Shown: positions 9,389-21,732 of the stretch, piece by piece
Position numbering within the stretch: the first letter of the stretch is position 1
Layout of the letters: the number at the start of each line of letters is the position of its first letter
Source: a virus
DNA length: 64,000 bases
Strand: one strand, 5' to 3'
Virus record (IMG/VR): IMGVR_UViG_3300037245_003639
Translations under genes and position numbers: made by a program
The notes under the pieces: model-generated
Told to the model about the DNA's origin: nothing
Seen by the model: only the letters and a program-made list of their open reading frames with translations
The model's database searches: none

Positions 9389-10366
9389 ATGCTCACACTT
9401 ATCGTCCTGGCGCAAGCCACGATTGTGAATTTCGTCGCAGCCGACGCAACCGACGCGATTCAGAAGGCTATCAACTCGGGGGCGTCCGAGATTATCATCC
9501 CTTACGTCGGCCAGGATTGGATTGTTCGCCCGCTCACGCTGGCGAGCAATCAGACGATCCGACTCGAACCGGGCGTGGCTGTGGTCGCCAAGAAAGGCCA
9601 TTTCCAAGGAAATAACGACTGTCTCATTCGAGGGAACCGCGTCACCAACGTAACCATCCAGGGCTATGGCGCCGTTCTGCGCATGCGCAAGGCCGACTAC
9701 CAGGACAGGAAGAAGTATGCCCCCGCAGAATGGCGGCACGGTATCTCGCTCCGGGGCTGCCGTGACATTAAGATTCTCGGCGTGCGAGTCGAGAGCACCG
9801 GCGGGGACGGCATCTACGTTGGTCCACAGTTGAAGACCTGGATACCTTGCAAGAATATCCTCATTCAGGACGTTGTCTGTGACGACAATCTTCGGCAGGG
9901 ATTGAGCATCACGTCGGTTCGCAACCTTCTGGTCGATAACTGCGTTTTCAGCAATACGTCCGGCGGCAGACCCGGGGCGGGGCTCGACATCGAGCCTAAT
10001 GTCGTGTGGGACCACGTCTGTAACATCGTGGTGCGCAACTCACAGAGCGTCGGTAATGAGGGGGCGGGTTGGTTTGTAAACCTATCTCGGTTGGGCAAGG
10101 CATCGTCCTATGTCGATATCCGGTTTGAAAATTGTTTTGTGCAGCGGTGTGGAGATGCCGGGTCGTTGCGGCTCAAATCAATCGATAGTGACAGCCCGCG
10201 TGGTATCGTAGAATTCATCGATTGTGTATTCGAGGATCCCCGGTATGCGTATTGGAAACAGTCGCCATTATTGATTCGGTTCGAGAACTGCAAATGGAAG
10301 ATCGGGCGCGATGTGCTGCATATTCAGCGATGGCAAGGGCAGTCACTCATGGAGCCGAAGGAGTAA
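9389..10366 (+). CDS. Secreted right-handed parallel beta-helix protein (pectate-lyase-fold; putative glycan depolymerase / tail-spike-like)
   Basis: In-frame ATG at 9389 with GGAG RBS. Signal-like MLTLIVLAQATIVNFVAADA. Beta-helix repeats (CLIRGNRVTNVTIQGYGAVL; ESTGGDGIYVGP; DDNLRQGLSITSVRNLLVDNCVFSN). GC-rich relative to surroundings. Confidence 0.6.
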   Translation: MLTLIVLAQATIVNFVAADATDAIQKAINSGASEIIIPYVGQDWIVRPLTLASNQTIRLEPGVAVVAKKGHFQGNNDCLIRGNRVTNVTIQGYGAVLRMRKADYQDRKKYAPAEWRHGISLRGCRDIKILGVRVESTGGDGIYVGPQLKTWIPCKNILIQDVVCDDNLRQGLSITSVRNLLVDNCVFSNTSGGRPGAGLDIEPNVVWDHVCNIVVRNSQSVGNEGAGWFVNLSRLGKASSYVDIRFENCFVQRCGDAGSLRLKSIDSDSPRGIVEFIDCVFEDPRYAYWKQSPLLIRFENCKWKIGRDVLHIQRWQGQSLMEPKE

Positions 10367-10368
10367 TG

Positions 10369-11244
10369 AACATGTCAGCAATAAATGAATTCGACATTGC
10401 CTTCATCATTGATACAACTGCCAGCATGGGCCGGTTCATTCATGACGCCCGCCGTGAGATGCAAAAAACCCTAAAGGCCCTGGCTGATGTTCAGGACGTA
10501 AGTATGCGGGTCGGGATTGTGGAATACCGAGACCACCCGCCCGAAGATCGTAGTTTCGTAACCACATTTCATCAATTCTCAGACGACTTGAATGCGACCC
10601 AGAGAATTATCGAACGCCTCGATCCATCCGGTGGAGGAGATGCCCCCGAAGCCGTTCTGGATGGAATCGTAGCCGCCTGCAAAAAACTCGAATGGAGAGA
10701 ACATGCTCGTCGCATTGCTGTTCTGATCGGAGATGCCCCTCCCCATGGCTACGCTGGTCCGTCTGATAGATGGTCGAGTGGTTGCCCTTGCAAAGAGACC
10801 CTGGAGACCGTTACAGCATTAGCAGAAGAAACCTGCATTCGCCTGTTCTCTATTCCGCTATATGTAGACCCGTATCTGACAAAAGCATTCAAACAACTGG
10901 CTTTACTCACAGGTGGAGGAATGTTCCCCGCCCAAAACGGTGGAGCCATGCAAGAAATCCGCAAAATTGTGGAAGAAGAGTTCGGAAAACTGCCTTTCGA
11001 TATAAAGGTCCATGATGCATGGCATGAAGTCTCAGGTGAAATCAGCGCCACCCAATTAGCTGAAAGGTTCAGTGTTAGCCTCGATGATGTATATGAATCG
11101 TTAGGACGTTTGGGCAGTCGTAATCTGCTGGACGTTCAGGCTCATCACACTCCCAAAGGCATTGAGAGATTTTTGACGCCGCAGGAGATTGAAGGTGCCC
11201 GAGAAGCCTTCGAAAAGGGCACGACCGGGGTCGTCGAAAGCTGA
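10369..11244 (+). CDS. von Willebrand factor A (vWA) domain protein with C-terminal helical domain
   Basis: MIDAS-type start DIAFIIDTTASMG and VGIVEYRDH, DAPEAV, IAVLIGDAPPHG. RBS AAGGAG. Confidence 0.65.
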   Translation, partial: NMSAINEFDIAFIIDTTASMGRFIHDARREMQKTLKALADVQDVSMRVGIVEYRDHPPEDRSFVTTFHQFSDDLNATQRIIERLDPSGGGDAPEAVLDGIVAACKKLEWREHARRIAVLIGDAPPHGYAGPSDRWSSGCPCKETLETVTALAEETCIRLFSIPLYVDPYLTKAFKQLALLTGGGMFPAQNGGAMQEIRKIVEEEFGKLPFDIKVHDAWHEVSGEISATQLAERFSVSLDDVYESLGRLGSRNLLDVQAHHTPKGIERFLTPQEIEGAREAFEKGTTGVVES

Positions 11245-11275
11245 TCTTCGCCTTCGTCGTTTCTGGTACGGGAAC

Positions 11276-11313
11276 CTGCCCGGCGGTGACAGCCGGGAAA
11301 GACCGGCGTTTTG
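11276..11313 (+). terminator. Possible terminator hairpins
   Basis: CCCGGC/GCCGGG 6-bp stem, then GCCGG/CCGGC stem followed by GUUUUG. Weak. Confidence 0.3.
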
Positions 11314-11325
11314 CTTAAGGAAACC

Positions 11326-11354
11326 TTGACAATCTCCGCTCCATCCGCTATTCT
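11326..11354 (+). promoter_or_regulatory. Sigma70-like promoter TTGACAATCT-N-TATTCT
   Basis: TTGACA at 11326-11331, 17-nt spacer, TATTCT at 11349-11354. Confidence 0.5.
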
Positions 11355-11380
11355 ACACGTATGACATGGAGGCTTGGCGG

Positions 11381-12577
11381 ATGATCATAAGGTCTTTACT
11401 CGATACAGATCTTTATAAACTGACAATGCAACAGGCCATCCTGTTCGGACGGTTTGCTGGCGTTCATTTCCAGTCAGTGCCCGTCCGTTACAAGTTTATC
11501 AACCGCAATCGCACGCCTTTCCCCGCTGGCTTTGACAGGATGCTACAAGCAGAGATTGAAAGCCTTGCTCGTCTCCAATTGGTCGAAAGGGAAAGGGAGT
11601 TCCTGACCAGTCGGCGTTTTCTCAAACCCGGCTATATCGACTTCTTTAGCGGTTATCGCTACAACCCTGAGGAAGTCACAGTTACGCAAGACTCAGATGG
11701 ACAACTGCATGTCACGGTTGAAGGCCCGTGGTACCGAACAGTCATGTGGGAAGTTCCACTGCTTGCTATAATCAGCGAACTATACTTCCAGTCTCAAAAC
11801 ATAACCGTTTCACTGCCATCCGTTCGTGATTCTGCGGCAGCAAAAGCAATGCGATTGGTACAGGCGGGTTGTTTCTTTGCAGACTTTGGGACTCGACGAC
11901 GATATTCGAGGGAAGTCCATGAACACGTTGTAGAAGGTCTCAAGTTCTGTCCTAATCCGCACAGCCATTTCTCTTATCGTCGAGGAAATCTTACCGGAGC
12001 CAGCAACGTTTGGCTGGCTATGCGTAACAATATCACTCCCATCGGCACTCACGCCCACGAGTGGTTTCAGGCAATTGCGGCGTTATTTGGCTACCGCCAA
12101 GCTAACCGTTTTGCTCTGGAAGCGTGGGCCGAAGAATACGGCGGTGATCTAGGAATCGCCTTGAGCGATACTTTCACCACTGATGTGTTCTTCCACGACT
12201 TTCGAGCAGATATGGCCAAGCTCTGGGATGGAGTCCGACATGACAGCGGAGATCCCCTCGTTTTTGCCCAGAAGACCATAGATCATTACCAGAGTTTGCA
12301 CATTGATCCGCTTTCGAAGACAATCGTCTTTAGTGACGGCCTCAACGTGGACAAAGCCATTGAATTGAATGAGTGGTGCAAGGGTAAAATAAAATGTGCA
12401 TTTGGCATTGGCACCCACTTTAGTAATGACGTAGGCGCCACACCGCTGAACATCGTTATGAAGATGACCCGTTGCAATGGAATGCCGGCTGTTAAGCTCT
12501 CTGACGTAGACGGGAAGAATACTGGCGATGCCGACGCCATCGAGTCGTGCAAATTTCAACTAGGACTGAACGCATGA
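11381..12577 (+). CDS. pncB: Nicotinate phosphoribosyltransferase family (NAPRTase); alternatively a Namat-like enzyme
   Basis: Hallmark N-terminus IRSLLDTDLYKLTMQQA. GGAGG RBS 8 nt upstream of ATG 11381 (the track ORF starts at 11366, in frame). 400-aa length typical of PncB. Confidence 0.85.
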   Translation: MIIRSLLDTDLYKLTMQQAILFGRFAGVHFQSVPVRYKFINRNRTPFPAGFDRMLQAEIESLARLQLVEREREFLTSRRFLKPGYIDFFSGYRYNPEEVTVTQDSDGQLHVTVEGPWYRTVMWEVPLLAIISELYFQSQNITVSLPSVRDSAAAKAMRLVQAGCFFADFGTRRRYSREVHEHVVEGLKFCPNPHSHFSYRRGNLTGASNVWLAMRNNITPIGTHAHEWFQAIAALFGYRQANRFALEAWAEEYGGDLGIALSDTFTTDVFFHDFRADMAKLWDGVRHDSGDPLVFAQKTIDHYQSLHIDPLSKTIVFSDGLNVDKAIELNEWCKGKIKCAFGIGTHFSNDVGATPLNIVMKMTRCNGMPAVKLSDVDGKNTGDADAIESCKFQLGLNA

Positions 12578-12855
12578 GCAACAATCAGGCAATAATCGTA
12601 AAAAGACGCCGAGCGCAAACATTCTTTCAAACTGCAACTTCGGCGGGTCGGTCAACGCCTGCGCATCATCTCTATCAGTCGGTCCAGCAGCTTGGCCAAA
12701 TGATTGTAGAGGTTGAGGAACTCGGGCGACTAAGGCCAGAATGGCTTGGCAGAACTACTGCTATTGCTCGTTTATTGCGGCAAGCCAAGAAGCTATTAGA
12801 AACCCAGAATCGAGTTATCGAGATGGTAGTCGATCGCATGGACTCATCAAAATGA
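12574..12855 (+). CDS. Hypothetical protein
   Basis: ATGA overlap with the pncB stop. Basic N-terminus. Confidence 0.35.
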   Translation: MSNNQAIIVKRRRAQTFFQTATSAGRSTPAHHLYQSVQQLGQMIVEVEELGRLRPEWLGRTTAIARLLRQAKKLLETQNRVIEMVVDRMDSSK

Positions 12856-13259
12856 AATATCGCTTAGGTCTATCTTGTCTATTGCTCGGTTTCGTAGAGC
12901 TTGCAGCCATCTTCGGCTGGGTCTATATGGTCCGCAACTATGACTGGACCAACCCGGTTCCGCAGCCCCTTACGGAAACCAGCACCTTTGTCTTCATGGG
13001 CTCGATTTTGACCATCGTCTCCCCATTTGCTTTCATCATCATTGGCTCCATATTCCTGGAGGCCGGGAATTACAAACTGCTCAATCGAAAACGAGAAGGG
13101 CTCTGCTGGAAGTGTGGGAAAAATCTCAAAAAGCATGGACAGTGGGTTCCAGATAAAGTTATCTGTCAATGCGGTCATGAACATAATATCAAAGTCATCA
13201 CTTTATACTCGGAGATTAGGGAACGGCAACGGCAACTAAGAGAGCTTGACGATGGCTAA
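12852..13259 (+). CDS. Hypothetical membrane protein with C-terminal CxxC..CxC zinc ribbon
   Basis: ATGA overlap. Two TM helices. CWKCGKN...CQCGHEH. Confidence 0.4.
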   Translation: MKYRLGLSCLLLGFVELAAIFGWVYMVRNYDWTNPVPQPLTETSTFVFMGSILTIVSPFAFIIIGSIFLEAGNYKLLNRKREGLCWKCGKNLKKHGQWVPDKVICQCGHEHNIKVITLYSEIRERQRQLRELDDG

Positions 13260-13935
13260 GAAGCAGCGATCAATTTGGGGATGGGTATTTAGCCCTATCA
13301 CTCACCGAGTTCTCCGGATGATGGGCAAGTTGCCGGAGCAAAAGCTAATCCAATGGCATAAGGAAGCTGATGAGGTTCGTCCGAAACGAGACGAAGCTCA
13401 ACGCACCTTGGAACATTATCAATATGAAGAGAGCCGCCTTTTAAGAGAGGGTGCCCGAGCAACCCAAGCAAAAGACATGTCCTGGCAAAGGGATGTTGCT
13501 GAACGCTTGATGCGGCGTAGGCGTGAAAGTAAAAGGGTCAGGACTCAATTCGCAATCCAAGACAGGCAACTCCAAGTCCTGGAGACCCGCATCCATAACG
13601 CCGACATCAAACAAGTCGGTGAGACCATCAAGCTCCCTACCGCAGGGGAACTAGCTCAGGAATCTGCCGACGCCGAACTAGTTATGCAAGAGATAACAGA
13701 AGTAGCCGACTTAGCAGCGACCATTGAAGTCGGAGCAGGAGAATCATATATCTCCAGCCAAAGCGAGGAGGATATCCTGGCCGAGTTTGCTGCCGTGGCA
13801 AGCGCGAACAAGCCCGATGTTATCCCTGAGCCAACGGCTGAGATTACACCTGCGGAGACCGCTAAAAAGCCTTTATGGGAAAAAGTGGCGGATGCGCGAC
13901 TAGAAAAAGAGCATCGGGCCGAAGAAAAGAACTAA
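13246..13935 (+). CDS. Hypothetical coiled-coil protein
   Basis: Charged heptad-rich sequence; overlaps the upstream ORF by 14 nt. Confidence 0.4.
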   Translation: MTMAKKQRSIWGWVFSPITHRVLRMMGKLPEQKLIQWHKEADEVRPKRDEAQRTLEHYQYEESRLLREGARATQAKDMSWQRDVAERLMRRRRESKRVRTQFAIQDRQLQVLETRIHNADIKQVGETIKLPTAGELAQESADAELVMQEITEVADLAATIEVGAGESYISSQSEEDILAEFAAVASANKPDVIPEPTAEITPAETAKKPLWEKVADARLEKEHRAEEKN

Positions 13936-13992
13936 AAGCAGGACTACACGTCGTTGTAGCTGAATACTACCGTAGCAGGAGGCTATGGTGGC

Positions 13993-14835
13993 ATGAGGCT
14001 GCTTCTTCTATGGCTGGTTTGTCTGATCGGTTCTTTATCTTGCACAAAACTTCATAGTCCCAACACCGATTACAAACACCCCAAAATCGATTTCTCAACT
14101 CCCAGTTACAAATACCAGGAACTCGATGAATATTACGTTCGTACTCGGGTAGTCATCGAATATGCCGCTATACTCATTGAGGATGAGGAAACCATAGGAA
14201 CTTTCATCCTTTTTGCCGAGCACTTCAACACCATCATGAAAGAATTGAAATTCACTGAGGACATCTTCTCAGATGCACACGTTAATTTTCATATCACGCA
14301 AGTCGAGTACAGGCAGTATGGCGATTCCAGCGATGCCGACTACCTGGAGGATGCGGCCAACTTCAAGAATCACATGACGCTTTACTACCGCTTGCCTCGG
14401 GTGAATGAGCAATTCAAGGGACTGTCAGGAGGGCCTTATGAAGGCGTCCATTCTTTCGGCATCTTACTGAGCTATATCCGCTCTTCATGGACCATGGCCC
14501 ATGAAGTCGGTCATTACCTCGGTTTATTGCATACGTTCGACGAAGACTATTGCAAAGATACTCCAACAGAAAACAAAACTTGCGAGGAAAAACTAAGCCA
14601 GAACTGTAGAAATATTATGAACTATTGTGACCATGAACCTAAAATGATTACTACTGATCAGATAGACCGGGTTGAACATTTTTTGCGGTCACGACGTTAT
14701 CGCAGCGTCATACACCCTGCCCCTAAAACTCCCTTATTAAGCGTGAACACCTTCTACAAAGAGATGCAGGTGACTGCTCCCAATCCCGTTCCCACCAGTC
14801 AACCAATGTCACTTCCCATGCAGCCAATGAAGTAA
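13993..14835 (+). CDS. Secreted zinc metalloprotease (metzincin-type HExxHxxGxxH)
   Basis: Signal peptide MRLLLLWLVCLIGSLSC. Motif MAHEVGHYLGLLHTFDED. RBS AGGAGG. Confidence 0.6.
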   Translation: MRLLLLWLVCLIGSLSCTKLHSPNTDYKHPKIDFSTPSYKYQELDEYYVRTRVVIEYAAILIEDEETIGTFILFAEHFNTIMKELKFTEDIFSDAHVNFHITQVEYRQYGDSSDADYLEDAANFKNHMTLYYRLPRVNEQFKGLSGGPYEGVHSFGILLSYIRSSWTMAHEVGHYLGLLHTFDEDYCKDTPTENKTCEEKLSQNCRNIMNYCDHEPKMITTDQIDRVEHFLRSRRYRSVIHPAPKTPLLSVNTFYKEMQVTAPNPVPTSQPMSLPMQPMK

Positions 14836-14847
14836 GTATAATGGAAC

Positions 14848-15051
14848 ATGAAAAATATCGTCAAAGCAATTACAATCAACAAAGAAATCGTCCTTATTAA
14901 CGAAGAACAAGTTACCACCGTCATGCAGGGGGAGGTCACCTTGCCTGAAAACAAACGAACTGCCAAAGTAAAAATGAGCAACGGCGATGAGTTTATTCTC
15001 GCATCTCCAGATTGGGATATGTGGGAAAACGATTTGTTTCTGCCGCAATAA
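14848..15051 (+). CDS. Hypothetical small protein
   Basis: 67-aa ORF in the operon context. Confidence 0.3.
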   Translation: MKNIVKAITINKEIVLINEEQVTTVMQGEVTLPENKRTAKVKMSNGDEFILASPDWDMWENDLFLPQ

Positions 15052-15056
15052 ACGAG

Positions 15057-15085
15057 TTGACACGAAGCCAATTATACGGTAGTCT
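15057..15085 (+). promoter_or_regulatory. Sigma70-like promoter TTGACA-N-TAGTCT
   Basis: TTGACA at 15057-15062, 17-nt spacer, TAGTCT at 15080-15085. AAGGAG RBS then ATG at 15118. Confidence 0.45.
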
Positions 15086-15117
15086 TCTTCAAGTGTCCCA
15101 TCTTAAAGGAGATCGAT

Positions 15118-15690
15118 ATGGACGCATTGAATATTGGGATATTGGTGGTTGGCATTTGTGCAGGGATTGGCGCTCTGATACTCAAACTCAAGTCACGTAA
15201 ACCTGACCAAACGCTACCCATCAGCCCCCAAGCCACCGCTCCTCCGCAGGCGGCCACCAGAACAAGAAAAGATGTTCCCATCCGTCACCGACGCCGAGCT
15301 AATTCAACAGGTAAGATTGCGCCCGCCGGTTATTACTGGAACGAGACGGATGAACTCTTCGACTTGGATGGCTGGTTGATTGAAGGAATAATACTTCTTG
15401 AAATGCTCGACAGTATGAGCGTGGTTCCACTCGACGGAATCGCAGCTTCCAATGAACAATATGCTCAGGAAATCGATGCTACTCCTGATATTCCCGCAGC
15501 AGAGGTTGAACATGTAACAGAGAGTATCGCAAGCCCTCCTCCCGCGCCTGTGCATCACGAACCTGTTACTCCTGAGCCCGAGCGAAGTAGCTGGGGCGGA
15601 GGCGGAAGCGGAGGCGGAAGCGGAAGCGGAAGCGGAAGCTACGATTCAGGTGGAAGCGACTCTGGCGATTGCGGTGGAGGAGATGATTAA
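15118..15690 (+). CDS. Membrane protein with Gly/Ser-rich C-terminal tail
   Basis: N-terminal TM LNIGILVVGICAGIGALIL. C-terminal GGGSGGGSGSGSGSYDSGGSDSGDCGGGDD encoded by a (GGAAGC/GGAGGC)n repeat. Confidence 0.4.
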   Translation: MDALNIGILVVGICAGIGALILKLKSRKPDQTLPISPQATAPPQAATRTRKDVPIRHRRRANSTGKIAPAGYYWNETDELFDLDGWLIEGIILLEMLDSMSVVPLDGIAASNEQYAQEIDATPDIPAAEVEHVTESIASPPPAPVHHEPVTPEPERSSWGGGGSGGGSGSGSGSYDSGGSDSGDCGGGDD

Positions 15691-15861
15691 ATGCCGTGGT
15701 GGGGCTGGGTTCTAATAGTAGCAGGCGTCATATTCATATGGCGCCTCATAGCCCGCCTTCGAGAAGGGGCATCCTTTTCAGAGGCCATAATAGACGCCCT
15801 TTGTGATTGGAGTGAAGACCTGGGAGGCGGAGGCGACAGCTACGATGACTTCATGGATTAG
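15691..15861 (+). CDS. Small membrane protein (56 aa; below the ORF-track cutoff)
   Basis: ATG overlaps the upstream stop (TAAATG). MPWWGWVLIVAGVIFIWRLIARL is a single TM; ends DSYDDFMD. Confidence 0.3.
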   Translation: MPWWGWVLIVAGVIFIWRLIARLREGASFSEAIIDALCDWSEDLGGGGDSYDDFMD

Positions 15862-16048
15862 TCGCTCTTAGCTGGCTGATCCTGGGGAGGCTTCACTGGC
15901 TGTTTGGACAATTTCACCAGTTCGGCTATAAACTGATGAACTTCAGCGAAAGGCCGCTGAGCAAGGTAATCGACAATCGATTTCAATAGTTTGTCTTCTA
16001 TAATGTAGTTCATATTTCACCTATGACTTATTATACGCGTGAACCCGT

Positions 16049-18937
<2,889 letters not shown>

Positions 18938-18980
18938 ATAGATTTATACCGTGTGGAAGGTGGTCTTTCCTTGAAACAGC

Positions 18981-19009
18981 TTGACAATCTGCTCCCATTC
19001 CTTTAGGAT
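18981..19009 (+). promoter_or_regulatory. Sigma70-like promoter TTGACAATCT-N-TAGGAT
   Basis: TTGACA at 18981-18986, 17-nt spacer, TAGGAT at 19004-19009. The track ORF 18981..19586 starts inside this promoter and is probably not the real start. Confidence 0.5.
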
Positions 19010-19029
19010 GGGTTTCAAGGAGACGTACA

Positions 19030-19212
19030 GTGCTTATAATACCGGCAACCGTCGTGCTATTTCTCCTGGGACAAAAATTTGTCTGGGGAGACGAAAAAGA
19101 TACAATAGAAACCTACGTAAGAACAGGAGTAATCGGTTTTGTGATCGGTCTTCTCCTGTCTGTTGTTTTGCATACAATGGGCTGCGTAAGAGCAGTCCAA
19201 TGGTGCTTTTAG
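19030..19212 (+). CDS. Small two-TM membrane protein (GTG start)
   Basis: AGGAG at 19018-19022, 7 nt before GTG 19030. Hydrophobic helices IIPATVVLFLLGQKFVW and GVIGFVIGLLLSVVL. Confidence 0.35.
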   Translation: MLIIPATVVLFLLGQKFVWGDEKDTIETYVRTGVIGFVIGLLLSVVLHTMGCVRAVQWCF

Positions 19213-19223
19213 GAGTAAAAACG

Positions 19224-19586
19224 ATGAAATTCAAACTTTTTGTTACCGTGGTTCTTCTCGGATTTGGCGCTGTCGGAGGCATCTTCGGTAAGGGCTACAT
19301 TGAGAAGAAAAATGCCGGTGAAGATGTTACTCTCGCTAGCGAAGTTACCGACGTGGCAGCCAACACAATAGAATTCGTGGATGGCAAACTTATCACCAAT
19401 CCTGTCACCGGCAAGCAATGGATGGTCATCTCCCAGGAAAAACTGAATCGAATGCTGTCAGAAGCATGGGAAAAGGGACAGAGGGATACGCCCCGAATGT
19501 TCGCCGATGGGTCTGTCCCGGATAGCCAGCCTGTTCCCGTAGTCCAGCCCGTGAAGCCTGAAACCCACGGTGACGTAACCCCGTGA
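19224..19586 (+). CDS. Secreted/anchored hypothetical protein
   Basis: AGGAG RBS and ATG 19224. Signal/TM MKFKLFVTVVLLGFGAVGGIFG. Confidence 0.45.
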   Translation: MKFKLFVTVVLLGFGAVGGIFGKGYIEKKNAGEDVTLASEVTDVAANTIEFVDGKLITNPVTGKQWMVISQEKLNRMLSEAWEKGQRDTPRMFADGSVPDSQPVPVVQPVKPETHGDVTP

Positions 19587-19617
19587 GTCTTCAAGAGCTA
19601 CAGGAACAGACGGGAGA

Positions 19618-20004
19618 ATGGGTGGCGGGTTGGTCTCGACAGGAGATCCGTTGACAGACTTGGCCCGTGAGATTGAGCAGTTCATGTTTAACAATCGGCT
19701 GACGCAGGCCGAAGTGGCGAAACACGCAAAAGTTTCCCAGGCGCTCATCTCCAAAATAATCCACAGGAAACACGGCGAGCTTCGCCTGTCTACGGAGCAG
19801 AAGCTTAGGAATTCCCTTAAATCTGCGCCTCTTCAATCTGCGCCTCTTCTGAGTCGTCAAGTCCGCGCGGGTGAATTGAATGTTGGCCGCGATTTCATAG
19901 TTGATGGGACGGTTATCATCACGCCAGCGGGCGACAAATTCATCATTCTGTCAATGGAAAAATACGAACAAATGATGGAGGCGCCCCAAGATGGAAGTCC
20001 ATAA
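19618..20004 (+). CDS. HTH (XRE-like) domain protein
   Basis: RLTQAEVAKHAKVSQALISKIIHRK is a helix-turn-helix. Confidence 0.45.
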   Translation: MGGGLVSTGDPLTDLAREIEQFMFNNRLTQAEVAKHAKVSQALISKIIHRKHGELRLSTEQKLRNSLKSAPLQSAPLLSRQVRAGELNVGRDFIVDGTVIITPAGDKFIILSMEKYEQMMEAPQDGSP

Positions 20005-20887
20005 GTTCCAACACGAAACCGGTCTTCTGTTTCGGGAGCATTTTGGCAATACGCCGCTAACGGCCCGCATCAAAGATATCATCAGCGAAGCCCAAGAACT
20101 TCAAAGGTTCACCGATCTACGAAACCTGAGCGAAGAGGCAGGTGATCTCGGTGCCTCGCTTCTGGCGCTTTGCCATGAATGCGGGTGGGACTTTGAGGAA
20201 CTGGTCCAAGCAACGCATGCAAAGATTAAACGAAGAGCAGCGCAGTACAAATCTCTCGGACGCAAAGTCAAGGTAGCATTGCTTGGGGGAGCGTTTGATC
20301 CGCCGACTTTAGGACATATCGCTGTGGCTCGTTTCGTGCTGAATGTCAGCAAGACCTTTGATGAAGTTTGGTTGGTGCCTTGCTTTCGGCACATGTACAA
20401 CAAGCGGCTTTCGCCAACCGTAGCTCGACTGGAGATGTGCGAGTTAGTGGCCGCGCAGGATGGTCGAGTCCGAGTCTTCGATTTTGAGATTACTCACCAA
20501 CTGCGCGGCGAAACCTACAATTTCGTGCAACGACTGCTCGACGATCCGATGGCGCAGAATGAGTATGATTTCTCGCTAATCATCGGCATGGACAACGCTA
20601 ACACCTTTGATAATTGGGTTAATTTCGAAGAACTAGAGAGGATGATTCGGTTCGTTGTGGTCCCAAGGGCAGGAGAAAAACGAAACGAAAGCGTTGATTG
20701 GTACCTGAAACCGCCCCATATTTATCTTCCCCATGATCAATCTCTGCCAGAGACTTCTTCGACGGAGGTCAGAGAACTAGTAGGGGCTTTCCCCAAAGAA
20801 CTCGCCCGCGAGTTGCTTCTAAAGCTGGTAGATCCGGCTGTTCTTGCTTACATTGAAAAAGAGGGTTTGTATAATAGCACCGAATGA
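19991..20887 (+). CDS. nadD: Bifunctional MazG-like NTP pyrophosphohydrolase / nicotinate(nicotinamide)-mononucleotide adenylyltransferase
   Basis: N-terminal MazG motif (SEEAGDLGASLLAL, EExGD). C-terminal cytidylyltransferase fold: VALLGGAFDPPTLGHI ((H/T)xGH) and SSTEVRE (ISSTxIR-like). Confidence 0.8.
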   Translation: MEVHKFQHETGLLFREHFGNTPLTARIKDIISEAQELQRFTDLRNLSEEAGDLGASLLALCHECGWDFEELVQATHAKIKRRAAQYKSLGRKVKVALLGGAFDPPTLGHIAVARFVLNVSKTFDEVWLVPCFRHMYNKRLSPTVARLEMCELVAAQDGRVRVFDFEITHQLRGETYNFVQRLLDDPMAQNEYDFSLIIGMDNANTFDNWVNFEELERMIRFVVVPRAGEKRNESVDWYLKPPHIYLPHDQSLPETSSTEVRELVGAFPKELARELLLKLVDPAVLAYIEKEGLYNSTE

Positions 20888-21726
20888 AACTTGTCATTAC
20901 AGCAGATTTGCATTACCCGACAACTTCTAGAAAAACCCTGTTTTCTTTTGCAGAGCAAATCAGAAGCCGCAATCCGTTCGCGGTGGCACTTGCTGGAGAC
21001 ATCGGGGAAGTCTACCACTCTATAGATTGCTTTGACATTTGTCTCTCCATTTTCCGCGAAGTTTTGAAAGAGACCCCAATCCTGGTTTTGGCGGGAAATC
21101 ACGATCTATGGGTTCCCAGAGACGCAACCTGGAACTCTCTTCATCTTTTCAATACTCTTCTGCCATCTTTAGCTCAGAGGCACGATTGTCATTGGCTGGA
21201 AACCGAGAATTACATTGATGGCAAGGTCGCCTTTGTGGGGAGCTATTTGCATTACGATTACTCAGCCAAGGATACTGTCGGACCCGCCAGCCAGCTACCC
21301 GATGAGTGGTATGAACAAAACAGAGATGCAATCCTGAATGACCGTTTTATGCAAGGGCTCCCAAGAGACAGGGACTTTGCAAAGCAATTAGGAGAGGGCT
21401 TTAGAGAGCGTCTACAAGCAGCTCAGAATGACCCTCAGATAGCCACAATCGTCGTCCTGACTCACGTTCCTTGCCTTGAAGAGCAAATGACCCGCCATCC
21501 CCATGATTTCCAATGGGCCATGGCTACGCCTTATTTCGGAAATTTGTCTCATCAAAAGTTCATCCGAGGGTTGAGCAAAGTCCGATATGTTGTGAGCGGT
21601 CACAGTCACAGTGCTAACAACACAACGACTAACCGCGATAACATGCCTGAGTTACGCATTATCAACTTAGGAAGTGATTACAGGAAGCCTGAATTCGAGT
21701 GTATTGAGCTACCGGATGATGTATAA
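20884..21726 (+). CDS. Calcineurin-like metallophosphoesterase
   Basis: KLVITADLHYP, ALAGDIGEV, LVLAGNHDLW, GHSHS motifs. Confidence 0.65.
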   Translation: MKLVITADLHYPTTSRKTLFSFAEQIRSRNPFAVALAGDIGEVYHSIDCFDICLSIFREVLKETPILVLAGNHDLWVPRDATWNSLHLFNTLLPSLAQRHDCHWLETENYIDGKVAFVGSYLHYDYSAKDTVGPASQLPDEWYEQNRDAILNDRFMQGLPRDRDFAKQLGEGFRERLQAAQNDPQIATIVVLTHVPCLEEQMTRHPHDFQWAMATPYFGNLSHQKFIRGLSKVRYVVSGHSHSANNTTTNRDNMPELRIINLGSDYRKPEFECIELPDDV

Positions 21727-21732
21727 TGAGGA

